A stretch of 64,000 nt of DNA from Escherichia phage phi92, in sequence record NC_023693.1; one strand, given 5' to 3'. Under the pieces are notes generated by a model that was not told the origin of the DNA, made no database searches, and saw only the letters and a program-made list of their open reading frames with translations. The number at the start of each line of letters is the position of its first letter. Position 1 is the stretch's first letter. Positions 55,687 to 62,803 of this stretch are shown one piece after another. Both the position numbers and the translations under genes were made by a program.

Positions 55687-56052
55687 ATGGCTAAAAATAT
55701 CAATGTTTCTGCTTATGCTACCCTGGCTAACACTGCTAAAATTGAACTATCCAGCATTGAAGCGGTACATATTAGCGCCCGTCGCTGGTTTCAAAAGTCT
55801 TATGGTAATACTTATTTCTCTTTGATGGTTGACGTTGAGATCGGCGGTAAACTGATTGAAGTCGTTAACGTTCCGTTTCAATATGGTTATGGTGATCATT
55901 TTGATACCGTCGCCCTGGAAGAGTTTAGCAAGGTTATCAACCTGGAAGGTAAAGACTTTTCAAATTATGCTTACCTTTCCCGTTTTTGCCGTGACAATGG
56001 GATCGCTGTATACAGTCATGCAAGCGATGTTAAACGTAAAAAAGATTTATAA
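55687..56052 (+). CDS. hypothetical early protein
   Basis: 121 aa ORF, RBS aaggaa. Confidence 0.45.
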   Translation: MAKNINVSAYATLANTAKIELSSIEAVHISARRWFQKSYGNTYFSLMVDVEIGGKLIEVVNVPFQYGYGDHFDTVALEEFSKVINLEGKDFSNYAYLSRFCRDNGIAVYSHASDVKRKKDL

Positions 56053-56058
56053 AAAGCA

Positions 56059-56116
56059 TTGACAGCACGAATAAAAAGCATATAATACTTATATCGAGAG
56101 CGGGAATAGTTCCCGC
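56059..56116 (+). promoter_or_regulatory. early promoter + leader hairpin (cassette 5)
   Basis: TTGACA, 16 bp, TATAAT, then GCGGGAA-TAG-TTCCCGC. Confidence 0.55.
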
Positions 56117-56140
56117 CTCACTGAAAAAGAGATTAACATC

Positions 56141-56380
56141 ATGGCTAAATCTAAAATGTACAACGGTCACAAAAATAAAACTCATTGGAATGTAAGCCTT
56201 TGGATCAACAACGATGAAGGTTTTTATAATCTTGCGCGTGAATTTATCGCAGCTAACACCAATAAGAATGACGCAGCGCGGGATATGATGTTATTTCTTG
56301 AAAGTATGGATCAAGATAAAACGCCAGACGGTTACAAGTTCAGTAAAACTGCAATCCGTGCCGCTATGGTAGGAATGTAA
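56141..56380 (+). CDS. hypothetical early protein
   Basis: 79 aa ORF. Confidence 0.45.
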   Translation: MAKSKMYNGHKNKTHWNVSLWINNDEGFYNLAREFIAANTNKNDAARDMMLFLESMDQDKTPDGYKFSKTAIRAAMVGM

Positions 56381-56389
56381 TAAAATAGC

Positions 56390-56449
56390 TTGACACTGTT
56401 TTTTATTCTGGTATAGTTTATCACATAGGGCGGGAAATGGTTTCCCGCC
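56390..56449 (+). promoter_or_regulatory. early promoter + leader hairpin (cassette 6)
   Basis: TTGACA, 16 bp, TATAGT, then GGCGGGAAA-TGG-TTTCCCGCC. Confidence 0.55.
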
Positions 56450-56471
56450 AAATCAAAGAAAGGTTATAATT

Positions 56472-56699
56472 ATGGCTATCGTTATTGTTCGCGTATCCGG
56501 TACGGTTGGAAGCTCCCAGGTAGTAGCAGTTATCACAGAGAAGAAAGGGGATGATCTTCACTCTTCCTTGAATAGCTGGGCGGTCGCTAATTTTGGTCAG
56601 TGGTCGAGCGTCGAGTATATCGAATCCTACCAGGTGCCGACGATTAGCCTAACCGATCTAAATGTTGATCGCTTGTTGTGCCTGGATGCATTAAACTAA
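56472..56699 (+). CDS. hypothetical early protein
   Basis: 75 aa ORF. Confidence 0.45.
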   Translation: MAIVIVRVSGTVGSSQVVAVITEKKGDDLHSSLNSWAVANFGQWSSVEYIESYQVPTISLTDLNVDRLLCLDALN

Positions 56700-56707
56700 A
56701 AATAATC

Positions 56708-56764
56708 TTGACAAGATAACTAAAATTAGTAAAATGTAATTCATAGGGCGGCAATAGTGCCGCT
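56708..56764 (+). promoter_or_regulatory. early promoter + leader hairpin (cassette 7)
   Basis: TTGACA, 16 bp, TAAAAT, then GGCGGCA-ATAG-TGCCGCT. Confidence 0.55.
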
Positions 56765-56785
56765 CATAGTGAGAGAGATTATCAA

Positions 56786-57001
56786 ATGGCTAATATCCGC
56801 ACACTGTTAAAAAATGCAAAGCAGGTTTTATTTTCTGATCACGATCATTTCAATAAAGACATTACAGGCGTGAAAAATCTTAAAGATGTAAAGGATGTAA
56901 TAGGTATTCGCGGATCTTTACGTAAAGGTGACATATACGGTAACAAGGTGCAATATAAACTGTCAAAAGATTATGATTTTACTTTGACATTTATTTCATA
57001 A
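56786..57001 (+). CDS. hypothetical early protein
   Basis: 71 aa ORF. Confidence 0.45.
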   Translation: MANIRTLLKNAKQVLFSDHDHFNKDITGVKNLKDVKDVIGIRGSLRKGDIYGNKVQYKLSKDYDFTLTFIS

Positions 57002-57007
57002 AACCGC

Positions 57008-57068
57008 TTGCAATACTGCAAAAATAAAGTAAACTGTATTCATCAAGGCGGTGGAATAGCCCACCGCC
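57008..57068 (+). promoter_or_regulatory. early promoter + leader hairpin (cassette 8)
   Basis: TTGCAA, 16 bp, TAAACT, then GGCGGTGG-AATAGC-CCACCGCC. Confidence 0.5.
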
Positions 57069-57092
57069 TAACAAAGAGAAGAGGAAAACATC

Positions 57093-57263
57093 ATGATCAC
57101 TTTCGCTACCCGTGAAGCCGCTCGCAACGTTGCACGTAAAGTTAATGCCGCCAACCTGGGCGCTACGCTTAAAGCCCCGGTAAAAGATGAATCAGGTAAA
57201 TGGATCTTTCCTGGTCTGCGTCACGCTGATAAGCTGGGAACATTAACGTTAAAAAACAAATAA
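57093..57263 (+). CDS. small hypothetical protein (56 aa)
   Basis: MITFATREAARNVARKVNAANLGATLKAPVKDESGKWIFPGLRHADKLGTLTLKNK; RBS gaggaa; below track size cut-off. Confidence 0.4.
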   Translation: MITFATREAARNVARKVNAANLGATLKAPVKDESGKWIFPGLRHADKLGTLTLKNK

Positions 57264-57270
57264 TATCCGT

Positions 57271-57329
57271 TTGACAGTAGCATCATTTAGAAGTAAAGTA
57301 ACAACAACGGCGGGGAATGGTTTCCCGCC
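57271..57329 (+). promoter_or_regulatory. early promoter + leader hairpin (cassette 9)
   Basis: TTGACA, 17 bp, TAAAGT, then GGCGGGGAA-TGG-TTTCCCGCC (one G-T position). Confidence 0.55.
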
Positions 57330-57349
57330 AACAATAAAGAGATAAGATT

Positions 57350-57709
57350 ATGAAATCAGTAAAAGCAATTAAAACTTACATTGTGTCGGCTATTTCTTTT
57401 GAAGGTACTACAACAGAAAAAGAAAAGATCACCGAACTGATGCGCCGTTTTAAGTCTGAATACTGGTATCAATCTAATCGTGATCGTTATAATAACAACA
57501 TGGTACAAGCTGTTAAAAGCTGGTTACAAGGTTTACCGTCAGAAATAAATATTGCTTTTAATTATAACGAGATCGATCACTTATTAATCGAATGGAAGTG
57601 TATAAAAGAAACAAGCAAAGAAACAACCGTTACCCGTGAGCGGGAAAATTATTGGTTATATATTGCAAGCATGATCGTAACTTTGGCAAAATATCATAAA
57701 GTAGCGTAA
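57350..57709 (+). CDS. hypothetical early protein
   Basis: 119 aa ORF. Confidence 0.45.
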   Translation: MKSVKAIKTYIVSAISFEGTTTEKEKITELMRRFKSEYWYQSNRDRYNNNMVQAVKSWLQGLPSEINIAFNYNEIDHLLIEWKCIKETSKETTVTRERENYWLYIASMIVTLAKYHKVA

Positions 57710-57723
57710 TCGAGAGGAAAAAC

Positions 57724-57861
57724 ATGAACGCATCACAGCAGATCGAAAAATTCAACCGCAGCAAGGCGCGTAAAGATTGGAACGAAGAGATCACCAAAAA
57801 AGGCGACAAGCGGAACAAAACAAAAAGAGATCGCAGCACAAAAAGATACTGGAACGAATAA
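57724..57861 (+). CDS. small basic protein (45 aa)
   Basis: RBS gagagga; MNASQQIEKFNRSKARKDWNEEITKKGDKRNKTKRDRSTKRYWNE. Confidence 0.35.
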   Translation: MNASQQIEKFNRSKARKDWNEEITKKGDKRNKTKRDRSTKRYWNE

Positions 57862-57867
57862 CAAAAA

Positions 57868-57890
57868 GGGCGCAATAAGCGCCCTTTTAG
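57868..57890 (+). terminator. rho-independent terminator
   Basis: GGGCGC-AATAA-GCGCCC followed by TTTT. Confidence 0.55.
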
Positions 57891-57978
57891 CTTATATAGG
57901 GGCTTGTTACCCATAGGCAATGGTAACGCCAGGGCAAGCCTATAAATCAACGTTAGACGGCTTTACAGGAGCTTTAAA

Positions 57979-58161
57979 ATGAGATTAGAAGAAATAAGCA
58001 AGGCACTAGCCCAGGGGCAAAGGTTATGCGCCAGATATCGTGATCAATATGGCTTCATAACTAGCGGCGTGATCCTGGGGATTGAAGGCAATAAGATTTT
58101 TATTGACACGTTGAAAAACGTTGTATATAGTGACAATATAATCTCAATAAAACATATATGA
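57979..58161 (+). CDS. hypothetical protein
   Basis: 60 aa ORF, RBS aggag. Confidence 0.4.
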   Translation: MRLEEISKALAQGQRLCARYRDQYGFITSGVILGIEGNKIFIDTLKNVVYSDNIISIKHI

Positions 58162-58169
58162 GGCAAGAA

Positions 58170-58571
58170 ATGAAAAAATTATTGATCGCTGGTTTAATCT
58201 CTTTTGGTATGGTTGGAACATCTAGCGCGGCGATATCCTCCACAGTAGCAGAATTAAGCGCCGTTGATGCAATGGAAAACGTCATGCTTATTAATAATGC
58301 GATCCCCGATGAAATCATGGAGGATTCACACATGATCGCTTATGGTGCTGTTACACAACTAACGGCAAAAATAGATAAATCTATTGTTAATGGCTTAAAT
58401 GAAGATGTACCATGTGAAATTATTACCAGTGTGCTGACTACTCAAAATTTTACACCGTGGTTAAAAAGTATTCAAAAAGTACACAGTACAGCCGCAGATC
58501 GTAGCAATGAAAAACTAGTGTCAGCACTTGCAACGTATACCCTAGCAAAATGCACTGAAATAAAAGATTGA
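58170..58571 (+). CDS. secreted/periplasmic protein
   Basis: Start set to MKKLLIAGLISFGMVGTSSAA (signal peptide) with RBS gagg. Confidence 0.45.
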   Translation: MKKLLIAGLISFGMVGTSSAAISSTVAELSAVDAMENVMLINNAIPDEIMEDSHMIAYGAVTQLTAKIDKSIVNGLNEDVPCEIITSVLTTQNFTPWLKSIQKVHSTAADRSNEKLVSALATYTLAKCTEIKD

Positions 58572-58596
58572 CAGCATAGAAAGCACGTTATAAGAT
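58568..58596 (+). promoter_or_regulatory. sigma70-like promoter (no hairpin)
   Basis: TTGACA, 17 bp, TAAGAT. Confidence 0.4.
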
Positions 58597-58618
58597 ACAC
58601 ACAACAAAGGAGAACTAC

Positions 58619-58921
58619 ATGAACGGCATAGCTAAAACGTTTTTTCTTTTTTCTGGTGTAAATGATCCATCAATAAAAGTCGATAGTGTAAAAGAAAACA
58701 ATACTATCACCGCTAAATTGTTTCAAGATGAAACAAATAACGTGCTAATCATTAATCTTAAAGAAATAACGAAAGGTTATTATACTATTGCTTACCATGC
58801 AATCTATCATGCTGGTACTAGTGAGGAAGTGCAAACAAGCAACAACGAAAGCGCGGCGCTACCTGGTGATCTGGTGCTGGGCGTTATCAGTTTAATTGTC
58901 AATGATTTTTTTAAGGAGTAA
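58619..58921 (+). CDS. hypothetical protein
   Basis: 100 aa ORF, RBS aaggag. Confidence 0.45.
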   Translation: MNGIAKTFFLFSGVNDPSIKVDSVKENNTITAKLFQDETNNVLIINLKEITKGYYTIAYHAIYHAGTSEEVQTSNNESAALPGDLVLGVISLIVNDFFKE

Positions 58922-58925
58922 AACC

Positions 58926-59021
58926 ATGCCCTATTTACATTTATTTTTCGGGATCTTATTGTCAGGATCTTTTTTCTTCTGTATACTTGTTTCTATTGTA
59001 AACCACGTTTTAAGACATTAA
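58926..59021 (+). CDS. small membrane peptide (31 aa)
   Basis: MPYLHLFFGILLSGSFFFCILVSIVNHVLRH; RBS aaggag. Confidence 0.35.
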   Translation: MPYLHLFFGILLSGSFFFCILVSIVNHVLRH

Positions 59022-59030
59022 GGAAACAGC

Positions 59031-59150
59031 ATGAAAATTATTCCCGTACAATATAGCGTAATAAATCCAGCATACGAGGAAGGAAGGAAAACAAGCATGG
59101 TTTTATGTTATATTGCTACTATAACCATGTTGTTATATATTGTGTTTTAA
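59031..59150 (+). CDS. small membrane peptide (39 aa)
   Basis: MKIIPVQYSVINPAYEEGRKTSMVLCYIATITMLLYIVF; RBS taaggaa. Confidence 0.35.
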   Translation: MKIIPVQYSVINPAYEEGRKTSMVLCYIATITMLLYIVF

Positions 59151-59179
59151 TAGGTTTTATAGTTGTACGCTTTAAAGGC

Positions 59180-59207
59180 TTGACAATTTTTTGTTATGCT
59201 TTAAAAT
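59180..59207 (+). promoter_or_regulatory. sigma70-like promoter (no hairpin)
   Basis: TTGACA, 16 bp, TAAAAT. Confidence 0.45.
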
Positions 59208-59250
59208 ATATCTTGAAAACGGCAAAGGCCGCAAACAAAAGGGTAAAATT

Positions 59251-59574
59251 ATGAAATCTGTGATCGGTGTTTATTTGGATAACTCTGATTTTTTCTATCA
59301 TCGCGCGCGTTTACTTGATGCTATTGAAATGATAGAATCAGGCTTTAAAGAGTATCGCCTTGCACATGATGACCTGGAAGCATTACAGGGCAATAGTGTT
59401 TTTACATTGCAAGCGAAAGCACTATGCAAAAGCCGGATCGACATTGCGAGCAAAAAGATAGAACGCGGCATGTCCTGGTTGCGCACCGCAGAAATCAACA
59501 TGGGGCAATGGTACGGCGAAAACTTAGAAAATAAACATGCTTTTGTCAATGTAGAAAATATTGAAGATTATTGA
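59251..59574 (+). CDS. hypothetical early protein
   Basis: Start set to ATG (MKSVIGVY) with RBS aaaaggg. Confidence 0.45.
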   Translation: MKSVIGVYLDNSDFFYHRARLLDAIEMIESGFKEYRLAHDDLEALQGNSVFTLQAKALCKSRIDIASKKIERGMSWLRTAEINMGQWYGENLENKHAFVNVENIEDY

Positions 59575-59636
59575 TTGACAGCACACTGAACTGGTAGTAT
59601 ATTGTATCTCATAGAGCGGGGAAATGGTTTCCCCGC
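59575..59636 (+). promoter_or_regulatory. early promoter + leader hairpin (cassette 10)
   Basis: TTGACA, 17 bp, TATATT, then GCGGGGAAA-TGG-TTTCCCCGC. Confidence 0.55.
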
Positions 59637-59656
59637 CTTAAAAGAAGAGATAAGCT

Positions 59657-59941
59657 ATGAAGATCACAAAAGCACTTTCCAACTATGCAGCACGTCGCGG
59701 CTTATGTTTAACCGTTGAAAACCTGGGGAAAGAAGATTTTTTGTGCTTTTGGGAGCTTGAGAATGATAATGAGTGGATCTTCTCTTATTCTATCTGCGAA
59801 GATCAAAACGGTTGTTTATTAACCTGGCGCGGTAATATCTATCTACCGGAAGAAATCAAAGAAGAATTGCCAGGCACGATCATGACTGAGAAACAGCTTA
59901 AGGAAGTGATTAATTTTGTAGGGCAAAACATTAAAAAATAA
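59657..59941 (+). CDS. hypothetical early protein
   Basis: 94 aa ORF. Confidence 0.45.
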   Translation: MKITKALSNYAARRGLCLTVENLGKEDFLCFWELENDNEWIFSYSICEDQNGCLLTWRGNIYLPEEIKEELPGTIMTEKQLKEVINFVGQNIKK

Positions 59942-59942
59942 T

Positions 59943-60000
59943 TTGACACTAGGCAAACAACGTAGTAAAGTTTATCACATAGGGCGGCAATAGTGCCGCT
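59943..60000 (+). promoter_or_regulatory. early promoter + leader hairpin (cassette 11)
   Basis: TTGACA, 17 bp, TAAAGT, then GGCGGCA-ATAG-TGCCGCT. Confidence 0.55.
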
Positions 60001-60022
60001 CACAACTAAAAGAGAAATCAGC

Positions 60023-60217
60023 ATGGCGCTTAAAAAACTAACAAGCAATACTCGTTGGGATGAAATCGACGGGGAAGTATACATTTTCGCCCGTAAACCA
60101 GGTGATCAAAAATGGTCAAAGGCTTTTACTTGCCACCCTGCAACAATAGACCTGATAAAAAGGGAAGGTCTACGTGAAGCAGTAGCGAGAAGTTTACTGA
60201 TCCCTTATAAAAAATAG
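60023..60217 (+). CDS. hypothetical early protein
   Basis: Start set to ATG (MALKKLTSN). Confidence 0.45.
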   Translation: MALKKLTSNTRWDEIDGEVYIFARKPGDQKWSKAFTCHPATIDLIKREGLREAVARSLLIPYKK

Positions 60218-60218
60218 T

Positions 60219-60279
60219 TTGACAATATGCTGTTATCTGGTAAAGTGTACGACATAGGGCGGGGCAATAAGGCAACGCC
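60219..60279 (+). promoter_or_regulatory. early promoter + degenerate leader hairpin (cassette 12)
   Basis: TTGACA, 16 bp, TAAAGT, then GGCGGGGCAATAAGGCAACGCC with only a short GGCG/CGCC stem. Confidence 0.4.
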
Positions 60280-60301
60280 ACACATCAGAAAGGGAAAGAT
60301 T

Positions 60302-60538
60302 ATGACTATAGCAACAGTATTAACCGCCGTTAAAACCGCAGAATCATCCGGCTTGCATGTTGAGATTATAGATCAACCAGGTGGCGATCTCCTTGTCCAG
60401 GTTTACCCGCCGAAAGTAGGGGATGATTATTATTGGTGCTATTCTGATACGTTCGAACAAGTAGACACGAAAGCGATCACGGCTTTTATTTTAAAAGCTA
60501 TTGAAGAAAATAACTTTCATTATAACATCAATCAATAA
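60302..60538 (+). CDS. hypothetical early protein
   Basis: Start set to ATG (MTIATVLTAV) with RBS aagggaaag. Confidence 0.45.
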   Translation: MTIATVLTAVKTAESSGLHVEIIDQPGGDLLVQVYPPKVGDDYYWCYSDTFEQVDTKAITAFILKAIEENNFHYNINQ

Positions 60539-60558
60539 ACCATAAGCGGGGTAGCATC

Positions 60559-60663
60559 ATGTTAGAGAAAATTTTCACGGTTGTAATAGTGGGCCTGGCG
60601 TTATCGGTTGGATTGGTTGCAACTATGGCTAACATGATCCTATCTTCCCACGGTATCGGCTAA
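60559..60663 (+). CDS. small membrane peptide (34 aa)
   Basis: MLEKIFTVVIVGLALSVGLVATMANMILSSHGIG. Confidence 0.3.
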   Translation: MLEKIFTVVIVGLALSVGLVATMANMILSSHGIG

Positions 60664-60677
60664 AAGAGAAACACAAC

Positions 60678-61064
60678 ATGAAAACAGAAATCATTATTGA
60701 AATCATCAACGGTTATAAAGAAGCCTTTATTTTTGCCGAACCAGCGACGGATCACAATGGGGAATATATTGAGAATCTAGACGATTATGATTTTTCTCCT
60801 AGCGCCCTGAAACGTATTACCAGCGATGTGACCGCCTTTTGTAGTGCCAATGTTGCCGCTATCTCTGAGGCAATGAGCGACGGCGCTACAGCAAACCAGA
60901 TCGGGAATGATTTACATTTCACCCGTAACGGTCACGGCGTAGGCTTTTGGGATCGCCCTGAAATATACACTACTAACACCGCCAACCGCCTAACAAATGC
61001 AGCTAAATTAATGCCATCGGTGCATGCTTACATTGGTGAAGATAATTTGATTTATATTGAATAA
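60678..61064 (+). CDS. hypothetical early protein
   Basis: 128 aa ORF. Confidence 0.45.
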   Translation: MKTEIIIEIINGYKEAFIFAEPATDHNGEYIENLDDYDFSPSALKRITSDVTAFCSANVAAISEAMSDGATANQIGNDLHFTRNGHGVGFWDRPEIYTTNTANRLTNAAKLMPSVHAYIGEDNLIYIE

Positions 61065-61070
61065 AAAGTA

Positions 61071-61129
61071 TTGACACCGATCCCCAATATGGTACTATTT
61101 ACCACGTAGGCGGGAAGTGGTTTCCCGCT
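61071..61129 (+). promoter_or_regulatory. early promoter + leader hairpin (cassette 13)
   Basis: TTGACA, 16 bp, TACTAT, then GGCGGGAAG-TGG-TTTCCCGCT (two G-T positions). Confidence 0.55.
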
Positions 61130-61186
61130 AAATGAGAGATTATCATTATGTTCGATATCAGCCTGGACAAATAAGAGATTCCCATA

Positions 61187-61732
61187 ATGAACGCCTTGAT
61201 CGACAAAAAAACCTTTCTTAATAACGCCTACGTTAATGAACTACTTTCATCCGGTCGCTGGGTTAGCCACGGATCTGACCTTCAAACATGGCTAGATGAG
61301 TGCGACGAGGTTCCCGCCGCCTTTTCAGGTAAAAATTTGCAGCAGGTTATAAATGATACTGAATTTTTAAACTTCTTCCGTGAGTGGTTAAGCTGCCGCT
61401 TTGATTTTGCTATGAAATATCTGATCCAAGACATTAACCAACACACGGTTATTCGGCGGGCGGTATACCTAACCCCGGCACAAAAGGCCGAAATATTGCC
61501 CGGTTCTTTTGTTAATGTTGGTAAATATTGGACAGTATCCAGGACTGTGGAGCCATACGGGGCCACCTACACAAAGGATCGGGAGATAGTAACAATCACC
61601 ACAGAGTTAGACCTTAATTCAATCGACCTTATTCAGACGATGATCTCTCGCATGGACTATATTAATGGAGATTATGAAATGGAGATACAAACAAAGGAAA
61701 ACTTACCTGTAAAAATTCTCGCTATAGAATAG
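61187..61732 (+). CDS. hypothetical early protein
   Basis: 181 aa ORF. Confidence 0.45.
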   Translation: MNALIDKKTFLNNAYVNELLSSGRWVSHGSDLQTWLDECDEVPAAFSGKNLQQVINDTEFLNFFREWLSCRFDFAMKYLIQDINQHTVIRRAVYLTPAQKAEILPGSFVNVGKYWTVSRTVEPYGATYTKDREIVTITTELDLNSIDLIQTMISRMDYINGDYEMEIQTKENLPVKILAIE

Positions 61733-61755
61733 CCCGCTGCCCGGCGGGTTTTCTT
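61732..61755 (+). terminator. rho-independent terminator
   Basis: GCCCGC...GCGGG stem followed by TTTTCTT. Confidence 0.5.
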
Positions 61756-61788
61756 ACAGTTTTTTACAATTCTACCTATTGACACCGG

Positions 61789-61839
61789 ATCGCCCTTATA
61801 CTAAGATGTATCACGTAAGGCGGGAAGTGGTTTCCCGCC
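61789..61839 (+). promoter_or_regulatory. early promoter + leader hairpin (cassette 14)
   Basis: TTGACA, 17 bp, TAAGAT, then GGCGGGAAG-TGG-TTTCCCGCC. Confidence 0.55.
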
Positions 61840-61857
61840 AGATATAGGAGTCATATC

Positions 61858-62088
61858 ATGATCGAACAAATTAAACGCGCTGAGGCTATTAACGGTAATG
61901 TGATCTATTTTGTCAACAATAACGAAAAAGGCGTACCATATGCGGCGGTAATAGTACAGCCTGACGGCGATTATTGGTTTACTGTATACGGATCTTATTC
62001 TTTTGGGCGTCCAGTACATGATAAAATTTTGGAAGTAGCTAATCCCACTGGGAAGAATATCACAGTAGAAAAATTCTATGAAAAATAA
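61858..62088 (+). CDS. hypothetical early protein
   Basis: 76 aa ORF, RBS aggag. Confidence 0.45.
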   Translation: MIEQIKRAEAINGNVIYFVNNNEKGVPYAAVIVQPDGDYWFTVYGSYSFGRPVHDKILEVANPTGKNITVEKFYEK

Positions 62089-62163
62089 CTTGCTTTATAG
62101 CCTCTGTTAATTTATAGTTATCGTGTAGGGCAAACAATTTTAAACGGTAAACGAGGAATCTCC

Positions 62164-62547
62164 ATGAGCAATATCATCAACCTGGCGGCGACTGTAAACG
62201 GTAAAGATTTTAACGGCGCTGTAGATCGTGATCCTATGTGGTGCTTATCAGTGTTTAAAGGCGATCTGGTTGAAGTTAGAACAACCGAAGGGTATAGCGA
62301 TGATTATAAATGTGAGATTCATTTGCACAACTGGTACACGGGTAAAACTTATGCGCTGAATCATGCGTTTATCGGGAAAATTGAATATCGCGAGATGATC
62401 GACGAGGAAACCGGGCAAGATTTTAGCGACTATGTTTATATTCGTTCAGAAACATTAGCCGAACGTTTGATCGAGAAAATGAAAGCAAAAAATAAAATTA
62501 ATTTAACTCATTGGATTGATATAACAAACGATCCAGCTTATCAGTAA
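62164..62547 (+). CDS. hypothetical early protein
   Basis: 127 aa ORF, RBS gagga. Confidence 0.45.
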   Translation: MSNIINLAATVNGKDFNGAVDRDPMWCLSVFKGDLVEVRTTEGYSDDYKCEIHLHNWYTGKTYALNHAFIGKIEYREMIDEETGQDFSDYVYIRSETLAERLIEKMKAKNKINLTHWIDITNDPAYQ

Positions 62548-62563
62548 ATAACATTTCATACCA

Positions 62564-62589
62564 GGGCGCTTATTGCGCCCTTTCTTTTT
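62564..62589 (+). terminator. rho-independent terminator closing the early array
   Basis: GGGCGC-TTATT-GCGCCC followed by TTTCTTTTT. Confidence 0.6.
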
Positions 62590-62803
62590 ACCTAAATAAA
62601 GATGATAGCTTTTACCTATCAAAAACGTTCACCGAAAAAAGTGAATAGATCGCGGTATCGAGCTAATCAAGGAGCAGATGAACAACCATACCATGAAGAT
62701 CATAAGGCGCTTACAACGTGTTTTAGACCGCTTATTTTTAATTTCTCAATGTAACTATCGGGCAAAAACAGCCTTTTTCTTGTCTTTCCTCTTAAATGAT
62801 AAT

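Noticed and set aside
53694-61839. Repeated GC-rich hairpins could be mistaken for a CRISPR array
   Set aside because: Copies are 300-1000 bp apart, not regularly spaced, each lies between a -10 element and an RBS-preceded ORF, and repeat sequences vary with compensatory changes; this is a leader element, not repeat-spacer architecture.
53694-61839. Conserved TCACATAGGG downstream of the -10 resembles T7-type single-subunit RNA polymerase promoters (TCACTATAGGG)
   Set aside because: Each copy already has a canonical TTGACA, 16-17 bp spacer and TAnnnT, so host sigma70 recognition suffices; no phage RNA polymerase gene is visible in this window. The resemblance is noted but not called.
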